From: an uncultured Alphaproteobacteria bacterium
Lineage (GTDB): Bacteria; Pseudomonadota; Alphaproteobacteria; Rs-D84
NCBI GenBank assembly: GCA_947175875.1
Contig: CAMWON010000001.1
Location: 81,809-145,808, forward strand
Length of the DNA: 64,000 bases
Direction: 5' to 3'
Each line of letters begins with the position of its first letter. The stretch's first letter is position 1. Below are positions 1 to 8,907 of this stretch, piece after piece. The notes under the pieces are model-generated. The model saw nothing but the letters and a program-made list of their open reading frames with translations, was not told the DNA's origin and did not search any database. The position numbers were made by a program, and so were the translations under genes.

Positions 1-1
1 G

Positions 2-910
2 CGCGGCTTTGACCAGATTTACGATTTTCTGGATAAAATCGCCGGGTTTGACCCGATGGCCGAAAATGACGCCCCCGCGGCGCAGACCGGCGCCGACGCG
101 CGCATAAAGATTGCGATACTGGGCCAGCCGAACGTCGGCAAATCTACATTGGTTAACCGCGTTCTGGGAACGCAGCGCCAGATTGTACGCGACGCCCCCG
201 GCATCACGCGCGACACGGTGAAAATTCCGGCGCGCTTTTACGGCCGCGACATTGTTTTGATGGATACAGCGGGTCTGCGCCGCAAGGCGGGCGTGACGGA
301 CGATGTCGAAACACTGTCGGCGTTAAAGTCTTTGGATGCGATTGAAAAATCCGACGTTGTGATTTTGGTTGTCGACGCCACCCGCAATATAGAAAACCAG
401 GCGCTGGGGATTGCGGCTCGCGTATTTAACGCGGGCAAGATTTTGTGCGTCGCACTGAACAAATGGGATTTGGTGCCGCCGGAATTGCGCGATGAAAAAC
501 TGTTGAAATTAAAGCACCAGTTCTCTAATTCTTTCCACCAGATTATAAAGCCGATGATATTGGCAATCTCGGCGGAAAGGGGCACCGGCGTCCAGAATAT
601 GTTCAAGCGCGTGTACCAGCAGTGGGATATTTCGGACACGGACGTCCCGACCAGCCTGTTGAACCGTATCGTGGAGCGCCTGGTGGAATCGCGCCAGCCG
701 CCGATGTCGCGTCTGAAGCGCCCGATGAAAATAAAGTTCGCGCGCCAGACGGGCCGTCATCCGATGAAAATAACGATAAACGTCGGCGGTGCGTCGGATA
801 TCCCGGAATCTTATACGCGTTATCTGCGCCGCGGAATTGCGACGGAACTGCACTGGGAACACTTGCCTGTTGTAATAGAATACCAAAAATCGGATAATCC
901 ATACGATTGA
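2..910 (+). CDS. der: GTPase Der (EngA), C-terminal portion: second GTPase domain plus KH-like domain; 5' end lies upstream of the window
   Basis: The translation has a G1 P-loop (GQPNVGKST), DTAG and NKWD motifs, and a basic C-terminal KH-like domain. The frame is open from position 2. Confidence 0.9.
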   Translation, partial: RGFDQIYDFLDKIAGFDPMAENDAPAAQTGADARIKIAILGQPNVGKSTLVNRVLGTQRQIVRDAPGITRDTVKIPARFYGRDIVLMDTAGLRRKAGVTDDVETLSALKSLDAIEKSDVVILVVDATRNIENQALGIAARVFNAGKILCVALNKWDLVPPELRDEKLLKLKHQFSNSFHQIIKPMILAISAERGTGVQNMFKRVYQQWDISDTDVPTSLLNRIVERLVESRQPPMSRLKRPMKIKFARQTGRHPMKITINVGGASDIPESYTRYLRRGIATELHWEHLPVVIEYQKSDNPYD

Positions 911-972
911 TAGGCCTGCTATCAATCTGTGGTTGTCGCGTGCAAATTGTGCTCTATCCGATGGCCGTGTGA

Positions 973-1005
973 AAAAAAAGGCGCGGGTTTATCCCGCGCC
1001 TTTTA
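973..1005. terminator. Bidirectional rho-independent terminator between der (+) and the convergent minus-strand gene
   Basis: A GC stem (AAGGCGCGGG / CCCGCGCCTT) is flanked by an A-run on one side and a T-run on the other. Confidence 0.6.
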
Positions 1006-1022
1006 ATTTGTGGTGTGGCGGA

Positions 1023-1697
1023 TTAAAAACCTTTCGGTTTTTCCATTTTCACCGTCGACACCTTTTTATTCAGCGCATCGATAACCTGGTCCGTGATGTC
1101 CAGATTTTCCGCAGACGCGCCCACGCGTGCAAAACGGCCGTCAATTACCATCGACAGGTTCTTTTTTGCAATCGTGCTTTCGATAATCGGGTCCAGATGA
1201 TTTGCCTGAACCTCGTTCAGCGCCTTTTGAAACGCCACGTCAATGCTCTGGGCGCGTTCCGTCAAATCCTGTTGCAGTTTCGCAACGCGGTTTTGATAAT
1301 CAACCACGCGGCGCTGCAGCGCGTCACGCGACAGAACGTCCTGGGATTTTTCGATTTCGGCCTTTTCTTTTTCCAGCGCCTTTTGGTCCCGTGTCAGTTC
1401 GTCACGCAGCTGTGTTTCATAGGCTTCTTTTTGTTTGCGCAAATTTTTCAGCGCGTTCGCATTTGCCTGAATCGCATCCATACGGATAACCGCAATGCGC
1501 AGGTTCGCACCGTTTGCCGCATCGGTTGTTATCGCCTCCATCGCGACGTCCAGATTGCCGGACTTTTTGCTGTTCAGCGCCGATACGGCAAATATTCCGA
1601 TAACGCCGACCGCAACAACCGCTGCGGCGACAATGCCGATTTTCTTATAGTTTCGTGCGGCGGGATTTACCGCAGCATTAGAGGTCTTGTTTGCCAT
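1023..1697 (-). CDS. OmpH/Skp-like periplasmic chaperone (N-terminal signal/anchor, long coiled-coil KEKAEIEKSQ region)
   Basis: 224 aa with an N-terminal hydrophobic segment and a Q/K/E-rich helical core typical of the Skp/OmpH family. An RBS (AAGGACGG) precedes the ATG at 1697. Confidence 0.5.
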   Translation of the reverse strand: MANKTSNAAVNPAARNYKKIGIVAAAVVAVGVIGIFAVSALNSKKSGNLDVAMEAITTDAANGANLRIAVIRMDAIQANANALKNLRKQKEAYETQLRDELTRDQKALEKEKAEIEKSQDVLSRDALQRRVVDYQNRVAKLQQDLTERAQSIDVAFQKALNEVQANHLDPIIESTIAKKNLSMVIDGRFARVGASAENLDITDQVIDALNKKVSTVKMEKPKGF

Positions 1698-1775
1698 GTT
1701 TTCCGTCCTTTGTTTTGTTGATGGGTTCAGTATAACAGTAAAAAAATAAAATGAAAAGGCGAATTTTACAGGATT

Positions 1776-2453
1776 TTAGCGTGCCGGCGCAATGCGGATT
1801 TCAATCCTGCGGTTTGTTAAACGGCCGATGTCATCCTGGGCGGCGATGGGGCGTGCCGACCCGCGCCCGACGATGAACATGCGCGCCGTTTTTACTTTTT
1901 TCTGGGCCAGAAACACCGCCGTGCGCATCGCCATGTCACCGGACAGGGCGGCCGCCGCGTTTGCGTCGCGCATCGCGTCGGTATATCCTGCAATTTCCAT
2001 AAACGTTGCGTCGTATTTGTTCAAAATCTTGGCGATTGTGTTCAGCGTGTCCGCACCGTCCGGCGATATCTCGGCAACGTCCAACTCCATTATGGCGTCG
2101 CGCACCAGTATCACGACGACGTCCGTTCCCGCGCGCTGGACCGATATGCCGGGCTTGCGCAGGGCGTCGTACAATGCAAATTCCAGATTGGCCATATAGG
2201 CAACCGCGGCGATATTGTCGTTTGTGATTTTATCGCCGTATGTCGCGGCGGCGGGCGTCTCAACCGCGTCACCCACCAGGCGCCCGCCCGCGCCCAAATA
2301 CACCGGGCGTTTTGCGACGCGTGCGGCGTCCGTCATGTCGGACATGCTGGCGCCATGCAGATATGTGCGCCATTCGGCCCGCGGCGGGCTGGTATATTGC
2401 GCGCATGATGTTGTGATAACGATTAAAAGCAGTATCGCCGCCAGTTTTTTCAT
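1776..2453 (-). CDS. OmpA-family lipoprotein (C-terminal OmpA/MotB peptidoglycan-binding domain)
   Basis: Lipoprotein signal (LLLIVITTSC). OmpA-C motifs are present: GYTDAMRDANAAAALSGDMAMRTAVFL...NRRIEIRI. Its start codon directly abuts the stop of the upstream pilin gene (TAAATG). Confidence 0.75.
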   Translation of the reverse strand: MKKLAAILLLIVITTSCAQYTSPPRAEWRTYLHGASMSDMTDAARVAKRPVYLGAGGRLVGDAVETPAAATYGDKITNDNIAAVAYMANLEFALYDALRKPGISVQRAGTDVVVILVRDAIMELDVAEISPDGADTLNTIAKILNKYDATFMEIAGYTDAMRDANAAAALSGDMAMRTAVFLAQKKVKTARMFIVGRGSARPIAAQDDIGRLTNRRIEIRIAPAR

Positions 2454-2913
2454 TTATTCCACTATAAAGGAAATCTCGTTTGTACGCGAGGAGAAACAGC
2501 TGTCCGCGGTCGTGTCCGCCGGCATGCCGTTGACGCGAATTTCATTTGCCCAGCCCGGGGCGGTGGTAATGAAATAATCACATTCGCCCGCCGACAGTTG
2601 CGTTAAATTTATAGAGAAAGTCTTGCCGTCCGCACCGGCCGTGACCGACCATGGACCACCCAATGGCGCGCGGTCCGATTTCAATGCGCCCGCCTTTATC
2701 AAATAATCGACCGAGACGCCGGAATAGTCGCCCCGCATCCCCAGCAGCAGGCGCGTGTCGCGGGCCAGCGCCTCCAGGTTTGCCGATGCGACCGCGCGCA
2801 TCTGGTTGCCGCGAATAACGTTGTACAGCGACACCGCGCTGACCGTCATTATTGCGCCGATTGCCATTATGCCGACTATTTCAATCAAAGAGCGTCCGGA
2901 TTCTTCCCGCATG
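2454..2913 (-). CDS. Type IV pilin-like / pseudopilin protein (153 aa) with a prepilin-type N-terminus
   Basis: The N-terminus MREESG|RSLIEIVGIMAIGAIMTVSAVSLYNVIRGNQ has a charged leader, then G, then E at mature position 5, followed by a long hydrophobic helix and Tyr24. An RBS (AAGGGGA) precedes the ATG at 2913. The ORF-track start further upstream would overlap dnaX and is unlikely. Confidence 0.65.
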
Positions 2914-2935
2914 GTGTTTGTCCCCTTGTGTTTGG

Positions 2936-4498
2936 TTATTTGGAAACGCCGACTATCTGTGCGTCCGCAAACAGGTTCATCGCGCTGGCGACCATCGGGT
3001 CCGCCTCCAGCTCTTCCTGTTTTTGTTCTGTTATCGTGTGGGCGTGCTGGGATTGCGCCGCGCGTTCCAGCCGCCATTCGTGCCCTGTTTTATCCGCCAG
3101 CCATGCCGCCAGGCGCGGTGCAAAATCCGCCTCGCCCTTGCGGTCGAAATATTTGATGCATCCGTCCGTAAAATCACAGACCTCAATATTGCTGCTGTAA
3201 TATGAATACAGCAGTATTTCGCGTGCCTCCTGCAACGCCGTCCCCAGTTCCGCGGCCGATGTAATCTGCAGCATCTTTTTTTGCGGCGCCCCATTTTGCG
3301 CGGGCGCCTGCGAGGGCGCACCGGTGGCGGCCGGCTTTTGTGCCGGGGCCGTGTTTTGCGCCTGTTTCATCAAATCTGAAATCGGCGGAATTTCCGCGAT
3401 ATGCATGCATCGCACGATTAGCATGTCAAAGCACTGTTTCTGATTCCCCGCCGCCTGCATTTCGGAAATGGATGCGACCAGAACCTGCCAAATTCGCGAC
3501 AGGGTGTTTAAACTGACCTTTGATATAATCTGCTGCATCTGTTCGCGCATGTCCGCGGTATATGGCGAGTTCACGCATTCCCCCGCGTGCAGCGCCGGAT
3601 GCATGCGCGTGGCCCAGTGTGTCCATTCCATCATGTCACCCAGCAGCATCGCCAAATCCGCGCCGTTTGTATAAATCTGGTCCGCACGTTCCAATGCGGC
3701 GGCCACGTCCCCGCTCAGCAGTGTTTTCATAAAATCGACAACCACGCCGCGGTCCGCGCGCTTTAACATGGCCAGAACCGCCGCCTCGTCGACATTGCCG
3801 CCTGTTTGCGCGATCGCCTGGTCCAGCAAGGACAGACCGTCGCGGACCGAGCCGTCGGCGGCGCGCGCCAGCAGTTCGTTTGCGGCGTCGTCCAGTGTCA
3901 CGCCCTCTTGCGCCGCAATCCATGCAAAATGTTTTTTTAATGTTTCGACCGGCACGCGAACCAAATCAAAACGCTGGCAGCGGGATAGAATGGTGACGGG
4001 CACCTTGCGAATTTCGGTGGTCGCCAGAATAAAGATTACGTGTGCCGGCGGCTCTTCCAGTGTTTTCAGCAGCGCGTTAAACGCCGACGTTGACAGCATG
4101 TGGACTTCGTCGATTATATAAACCTTGTACCGGCCGTTCGTCGGGCGATATTGCGCGGCGTCCAGAATGTCGCGCATATTGTCGACACCCGTGTGTGACG
4201 CGGCGTCGATTTCCAGAACGTCTATATGCTGGCCCGCGGCGATTGCGCGACAGTTTTCGCACACCCCGCACGGTGTCGCGGTGGCCTTGTCCCCCGACAG
4301 GCAGTTCAGCGCCTTTGCGAGAATACGCGCGGTACTGGTCTTGCCCGTTCCGCGAATGCCGGTAAATATGTATGCATGCGCAATGCGGCCCGTGTTAATC
4401 GCGGTGGTAAGCGTTTTTACCAGCACGTCCTGGCCGATTAAAGATTGAAAATCCTGGCTGCGGTATTTGCGTGCCAAAACGGTATAATTCGTATCCAT
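2936..4498 (-). CDS. dnaX: DNA polymerase III subunits gamma/tau
   Basis: The AAA+ clamp-loader motifs are present (GTGKTSTARILAKALNC, Zn-binding Cys cluster, DEVHMLS, SRC). The start is MDTNYTVLARKYR. Confidence 0.93.
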   Translation of the reverse strand: MDTNYTVLARKYRSQDFQSLIGQDVLVKTLTTAINTGRIAHAYIFTGIRGTGKTSTARILAKALNCLSGDKATATPCGVCENCRAIAAGQHIDVLEIDAASHTGVDNMRDILDAAQYRPTNGRYKVYIIDEVHMLSTSAFNALLKTLEEPPAHVIFILATTEIRKVPVTILSRCQRFDLVRVPVETLKKHFAWIAAQEGVTLDDAANELLARAADGSVRDGLSLLDQAIAQTGGNVDEAAVLAMLKRADRGVVVDFMKTLLSGDVAAALERADQIYTNGADLAMLLGDMMEWTHWATRMHPALHAGECVNSPYTADMREQMQQIISKVSLNTLSRIWQVLVASISEMQAAGNQKQCFDMLIVRCMHIAEIPPISDLMKQAQNTAPAQKPAATGAPSQAPAQNGAPQKKMLQITSAAELGTALQEAREILLYSYYSSNIEVCDFTDGCIKYFDRKGEADFAPRLAAWLADKTGHEWRLERAAQSQHAHTITEQKQEELEADPMVASAMNLFADAQIVGVSK

Positions 4499-4573
4499 GC
4501 AATTCTTCCTTTGGGAAAAAGCATAGCACGCACACGCCAAATTTCAACAATTAAAAAGAGTGAATTGTCGTCG

Positions 4574-4870
4574 TTATTTCAGATTTGAAATAAAATCCGG
4601 GAAAGAGTTTTCCTCGTCCGCGTCTTCTTCGGTCTCTTCCGTTGCCGGTGCGGCCGCCGCCTTTTCGGACGGTGTGCGTGTGGAATCGATTTTACCCTGT
4701 TCCGCGGCGACGATACGGCCGTAGTGTTCGGCGGTTTGCATCAGACGTTCGCGCTCGATTTCATCTGCTGTCTGGCGCGCCTGGTCCATGTACTGTTTGC
4801 GCTTTTGACGCCATTTGTGACAACGCTGAATCATCAGTCCGACCGAGGATTGGTTTTTTTTGTTTTGCAT
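4574..4870 (-). CDS. Hypothetical small protein with a basic N-half and an acidic C-terminal tail; lies upstream of and co-oriented with dnaX
   Basis: 98-aa ORF with no recognised motif. Its position suggests co-transcription with dnaX. Confidence 0.4.
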   Translation of the reverse strand: MQNKKNQSSVGLMIQRCHKWRQKRKQYMDQARQTADEIERERLMQTAEHYGRIVAAEQGKIDSTRTPSEKAAAAPATEETEEDADEENSFPDFISNLK

Positions 4871-4986
4871 CTAATTTTTCTTTATTATCAGGAAATACTT
4901 TTTTCTCTTCTGTGCCGCCTGCGATTTTTATTTGTTTACTTCCCGCGGCGACTGTCCGTGGCATAGATTAAAGCATCTGAAAACTG

Positions 4987-5016
4987 ATTGCAATATTTTT
5001 TTTCTGTTGCTATCCT
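4987..5016 (+). promoter_or_regulatory. Putative sigma70-type promoter for the pilin-like triad (TTGCAA-17-TATCCT)
   Basis: The hexamers and 17-nt spacing were read directly. It is followed by an RBS (AGGAGGGA) and a TTG start at 5042. Confidence 0.3.
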
Positions 5017-5041
5017 GACACTTATGTAGGAGGGACGAATT

Positions 5042-6397
5042 TTGTCCAGGCAAAGCGGAAATTTTTTATTACAGGCCCTGCTGGCATTGTCCCTGATTTT
5101 TGCGTTCATACCATTTTTGGCAGAGCGTCTGGCGGCGCGCGAAACAGACGCCCAGATGTATTCCGCCACGCGCCAGGTTGATGTTGCGGTGACCGCCGCG
5201 CGCATATTCATCCGTGAAAATGCGTCCAATATCGGATATGACCGGACGGTTGTCGCCGGCGCTGATTTCGGTGATTTGCTGGAACCGTACGGCCTGCCGC
5301 TGGGGTTTGTGCCGCGCACGGCCCTGGGCCAGGATATCAGCCTGATTATCAACAAGACCCCGCAGGAGGTGACGGCGTATCTTGAACTGTCGGGCGGAAA
5401 TCTGTCCGCGGTGCGTGCGGCGGAACTGGCGCGTCGCATCGGGTTCTATGCGACGCCGGTCGGTTCTGTTATAAATGTCGGCATCGCCCTGGACGAGGGG
5501 TTTTCCGACGTCGTTCGCCGCAATGAAAATAATCTGGAGGCGGGCGCCTTTTTAACCGACCTGGACATGGGCGGGTTTGTGTTTGACAATGCCGGCGCCG
5601 CAATTGCGCGAACCGGCACGTTTAATACGGCGATGATGAATACTTTGTCCGTCTCGGGAACGGAAAACGGCCGCAAGGTCCGCAACAAGATAGAGAATTT
5701 GTCCGCCACGCGCGCGGTGTTCCAAAGCAAAAGCGGCGAGGCCGCACTGTCGCTGGTTCGCGGAACGTTAACCGCGGACAGTGTCGATGCGCGAACCGTC
5801 GCGCGGTTTGGCGATGCGGGGAATTTCACTGCGGACACCGCGTCCGTGTACGAGTTTTCCATGACGGCGGGCCGTACGGGATTTTCGGGCCCGGGCGCCT
5901 GGAACGTCCGCGGCAACGTCGTGTCCGACAGAATAAATTTCAGTGTGGAGCGCCTGGACGTGTCGTCGTATATAAATGTCGCCCGCGGCCAGGACGTTTA
6001 TATAAATCCCGATGATTTGGAATACAGCGCGCGCAGCGGAATAGAAACCGACACCTTAATCGCATCCAATGTCACGATGCGCGACCAGACGTCCGACGCG
6101 TTGTCGTCTGGCGGGAACGGTGCGGTTGTTATTGACGTCCGCCCGGCCGGAACGTCTTATCTGCCGGACGCATATGTTAACAATGTCGACAACGCCGCGT
6201 TCGAGATTATCGCGGCCCCCGACGACGCGGACGGCAAGACAGTTGACTGCAAGGCGGTCGTGTCACAGCTTGACGGTTCTTATAATCAGCGCAGCCTGTC
6301 GCAGTACATAATATGCCAGTATGTGTATTGGCAGCGGCTGGAAATGCGAATGAACATAATACAGTGTCTAAAGGAAGGCCGCGGTGACTGCATTTAA
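5042..6397 (+). CDS. Large pilin-like protein 1 (451 aa), class III-signal-like N-terminus with Q at mature position 5 (GspK/PilX-like in lacking E5); TTG start
   Basis: N-terminus MSRQSG|NFLLQALLALSLIFAFIPFLAE. The body is Gly/Ala/Thr/Asp-rich. A strong RBS precedes the start. It overlaps the next gene by 14 nt. Confidence 0.55.
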   Translation: MSRQSGNFLLQALLALSLIFAFIPFLAERLAARETDAQMYSATRQVDVAVTAARIFIRENASNIGYDRTVVAGADFGDLLEPYGLPLGFVPRTALGQDISLIINKTPQEVTAYLELSGGNLSAVRAAELARRIGFYATPVGSVINVGIALDEGFSDVVRRNENNLEAGAFLTDLDMGGFVFDNAGAAIARTGTFNTAMMNTLSVSGTENGRKVRNKIENLSATRAVFQSKSGEAALSLVRGTLTADSVDARTVARFGDAGNFTADTASVYEFSMTAGRTGFSGPGAWNVRGNVVSDRINFSVERLDVSSYINVARGQDVYINPDDLEYSARSGIETDTLIASNVTMRDQTSDALSSGGNGAVVIDVRPAGTSYLPDAYVNNVDNAAFEIIAAPDDADGKTVDCKAVVSQLDGSYNQRSLSQYIICQYVYWQRLEMRMNIIQCLKEGRGDCI

Positions 6398-7601
6398 CAA
6401 AGGCGTTTTTGCAGAAGGGTCGCGTGGCGCCGGTTTAACGGAGGCGTTGCTGGCGATGGCGATTGTCGGCATCGCGGCGCCGTTTGTTTACAGCCAGGTT
6501 GCGGCCACCACGCGCAGTGCGGCCGACATTCGGACCGCGTCGCGGATTATCGATATGCGCGGGCCGGCATTGAATTATGTCCGTATGAATGGCGACGCGT
6601 GGCCGGACACGGCCCAGATACGTTTGACGCCCGAAGATTTGGCGCGGATTGCGGACGGCGCCACCGCCGGATTCATAGACAAATATACAGTGTCCGGCGC
6701 CGGTGTTACCGACATATATCTGGCGTTTGATTTGGGGACGGACCGTGTGCGCACGGCGTCCATTGCGCGCAATATCGGAATAGATGCCGCGGTTGTCGGC
6801 GACGACGGTATCGCATACGGTGCGTCGTGGGCCGTAACCGCGCCGGATTTCATGCCGGGCGATTTGATATACAGAATATCTCGTGATGTCACGGGCGAGG
6901 ATACGGCAAAATATTTGCATCGCGGAACATCGGGCGAAGACGGCCTGAATGTCATGCAGCGCGATTTGAACATGGGCGGCCACAACGTCTATGACATCGG
7001 CGGTGTTGTTGCAAAATCCGCCAAGATAAACGGTGCGACCGCCATGTTCGTCGAAACACAAAGTGTTGCGGCCGACGCGGCGTATTTTTCATCGGGCGCC
7101 AATATAGACGGCGGCGTGGCGTCATTGGGCGCGTTGCGCGTGACCGGCGACGTGACGGGCTTTCGCAATATTGTGGCGACGACGCTCAACGGTGCCGGAT
7201 ACACCACGTCGGGTCGTGTGATTACAGACCGCGCAACGGTCACAAATTCGGTCAATGTCGCACGCGATTTGACGCTGAAATCGGACACCACCCGCACAAT
7301 CAGCGGTTTTGACGGCATCACGGCCAGTACTGTTGCGACGCCGTTCATATCCGCGGACGAAATAATTTTTTATGATAATTTTGGACTGACTCTGTCGGGG
7401 GAGCTGTTAATGTCAACGACGGCGCCGCTGAAAATCGGTTCGTGGACATTCCCATCGACAACGCCGCCAAAGTTTTCAAGATTGACACTGTCGCGCGCCG
7501 AATATCCGGCCGCGGTTCGAAAAACGGAATTTGCACCGATAATGCGGCGCGGATGGATGGACGGGCTTATTGAAAATGAAACTGCGCAGAACAATTTTTA
7601 A
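6384..7601 (+). CDS. Large pilin-like protein 2 (405 aa), prepilin-type N-terminus with E5; GTG start after RBS AAGGAAGG
   Basis: N-terminus ...SRG|AGLTEALLAMAIVGIAAPFVYSQ has G-x4-E, a hydrophobic helix and a conserved P-F. It overlaps both flanking genes. Confidence 0.6.
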   Translation: MTAFNKGVFAEGSRGAGLTEALLAMAIVGIAAPFVYSQVAATTRSAADIRTASRIIDMRGPALNYVRMNGDAWPDTAQIRLTPEDLARIADGATAGFIDKYTVSGAGVTDIYLAFDLGTDRVRTASIARNIGIDAAVVGDDGIAYGASWAVTAPDFMPGDLIYRISRDVTGEDTAKYLHRGTSGEDGLNVMQRDLNMGGHNVYDIGGVVAKSAKINGATAMFVETQSVAADAAYFSSGANIDGGVASLGALRVTGDVTGFRNIVATTLNGAGYTTSGRVITDRATVTNSVNVARDLTLKSDTTRTISGFDGITASTVATPFISADEIIFYDNFGLTLSGELLMSTTAPLKIGSWTFPSTTPPKFSRLTLSRAEYPAAVRKTEFAPIMRRGWMDGLIENETAQNNF

Positions 7602-8886
7602 CGGGCCGTCTGAATGTGGCGGCATGCTGGTTGAATTGATGCTCAGCGTTGCGCTGGCCATGATTGTGATACCTTTTGTTTTCAGATATCATCAGCGCGC
7701 TGTCCGTCGTGCCGAAAATATTGCCGTTTCCCGCCAGATGGAGGGGGTGCAAAGCGCGCTGGAACGTTACATTATGGCGCATCGCGATGAATTGCTGGCG
7801 CCGGTTGGTAAAAATATAACACGTGTTGCGCTGGCGGATTTGGTGCCGTTCGGCGTGTCCGAGGATTTGGTCTCCGCCGCCGGTGACAAGTATCAGCTGC
7901 GCGTGCTAAAGGCCGCCGATTTCAACAGCCAGGCGACCCTGCAGGGTGTGGTCGTATTGAATGACGGCGACATCAGTCCGTTGCGCACGCGCGAGATAGT
8001 GAACATCGCCGGCGACCGCGCGGGTTTTCTGGATTCTGGGCGTGCATACGGTGCGTTCGGCACGTGGAACAGTGCGGCACTGGATTTGGGTCTGGGTGAC
8101 GGGGGCGGAATTGTGGAAACGACGTCCGCCCTGCGCGACAATGCAAAATATTTGTGGCGCGTGCCGTCCACGGATGCGTCCGATGCGACGATGCTGTCGG
8201 CGCTGTCGCTGGGCGGGCACGATATCGCGTCGGCGTCTTTCTTTAACAGCCGCAGCGCCCGCTTTGACGAATTGCTGTCCGTGGGTGAAATCGCCGCCGG
8301 CAACATAATTTTTCAAAACAGAACCTCGATTGATAAAAAGTTGAACGCCGTTTCGTCAACCGTGTCGGGCGCGCTGTCATCGGACTCTAAAAATATGGAC
8401 GTCGCAGGTAAGTTTTCATTGGCCGATTTGGGAAAGTTTTCGGGCTTTTCCGTGTCGGACCTGTACGTGACAAACATGACGCTATCCGGTATCAGCGTCA
8501 GTGACACCGGCGATGTCGCATTGCTTAAAATAAACCAGGCGCTGGACATGACGTCGGGTCGTATCGACGCAATGTTTGTGACGGTGGGGTTTGCGGGGTC
8601 CATAACGCCGCGCCTTGTCGTGCGCAATCGTATCGAAGATTCGATAAATTCGTCTTATTACTGGGATGCGTCGCGCGGTGTGGCGAATTTTTCAGACGTA
8701 TCCTTTGCGGAATTGTCGCGTATGGCGCCGCTGGCCCTGGCGCGCGAGGGGCGGGGCACCACGGCCGCGCAAATATTCGGCGCGGTTGCGGCAAACAAGA
8801 ATGCGACGGCGTCCGATTACATGAATGCGATAACGAAAATCCAGGAAGAGGTTCGTAAAAAATATCGCGCCTTGAATTTGCAATGA
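7576..8886 (+). CDS. Large pilin-like protein 3 (~436 aa), prepilin-type N-terminus with E5
   Basis: N-terminus MKLRRTIFNGPSECG|GMLVELMLSVALAMIVIPFVF closely resembles the G|FTLIELMIV consensus. An alternative TTG start lies at 7570. Confidence 0.65.
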   Translation: MKLRRTIFNGPSECGGMLVELMLSVALAMIVIPFVFRYHQRAVRRAENIAVSRQMEGVQSALERYIMAHRDELLAPVGKNITRVALADLVPFGVSEDLVSAAGDKYQLRVLKAADFNSQATLQGVVVLNDGDISPLRTREIVNIAGDRAGFLDSGRAYGAFGTWNSAALDLGLGDGGGIVETTSALRDNAKYLWRVPSTDASDATMLSALSLGGHDIASASFFNSRSARFDELLSVGEIAAGNIIFQNRTSIDKKLNAVSSTVSGALSSDSKNMDVAGKFSLADLGKFSGFSVSDLYVTNMTLSGISVSDTGDVALLKINQALDMTSGRIDAMFVTVGFAGSITPRLVVRNRIEDSINSSYYWDASRGVANFSDVSFAELSRMAPLALAREGRGTTAAQIFGAVAANKNATASDYMNAITKIQEEVRKKYRALNLQ

Positions 8887-8907
8887 TATGTGGTATAAGG
8901 TAAAAAT

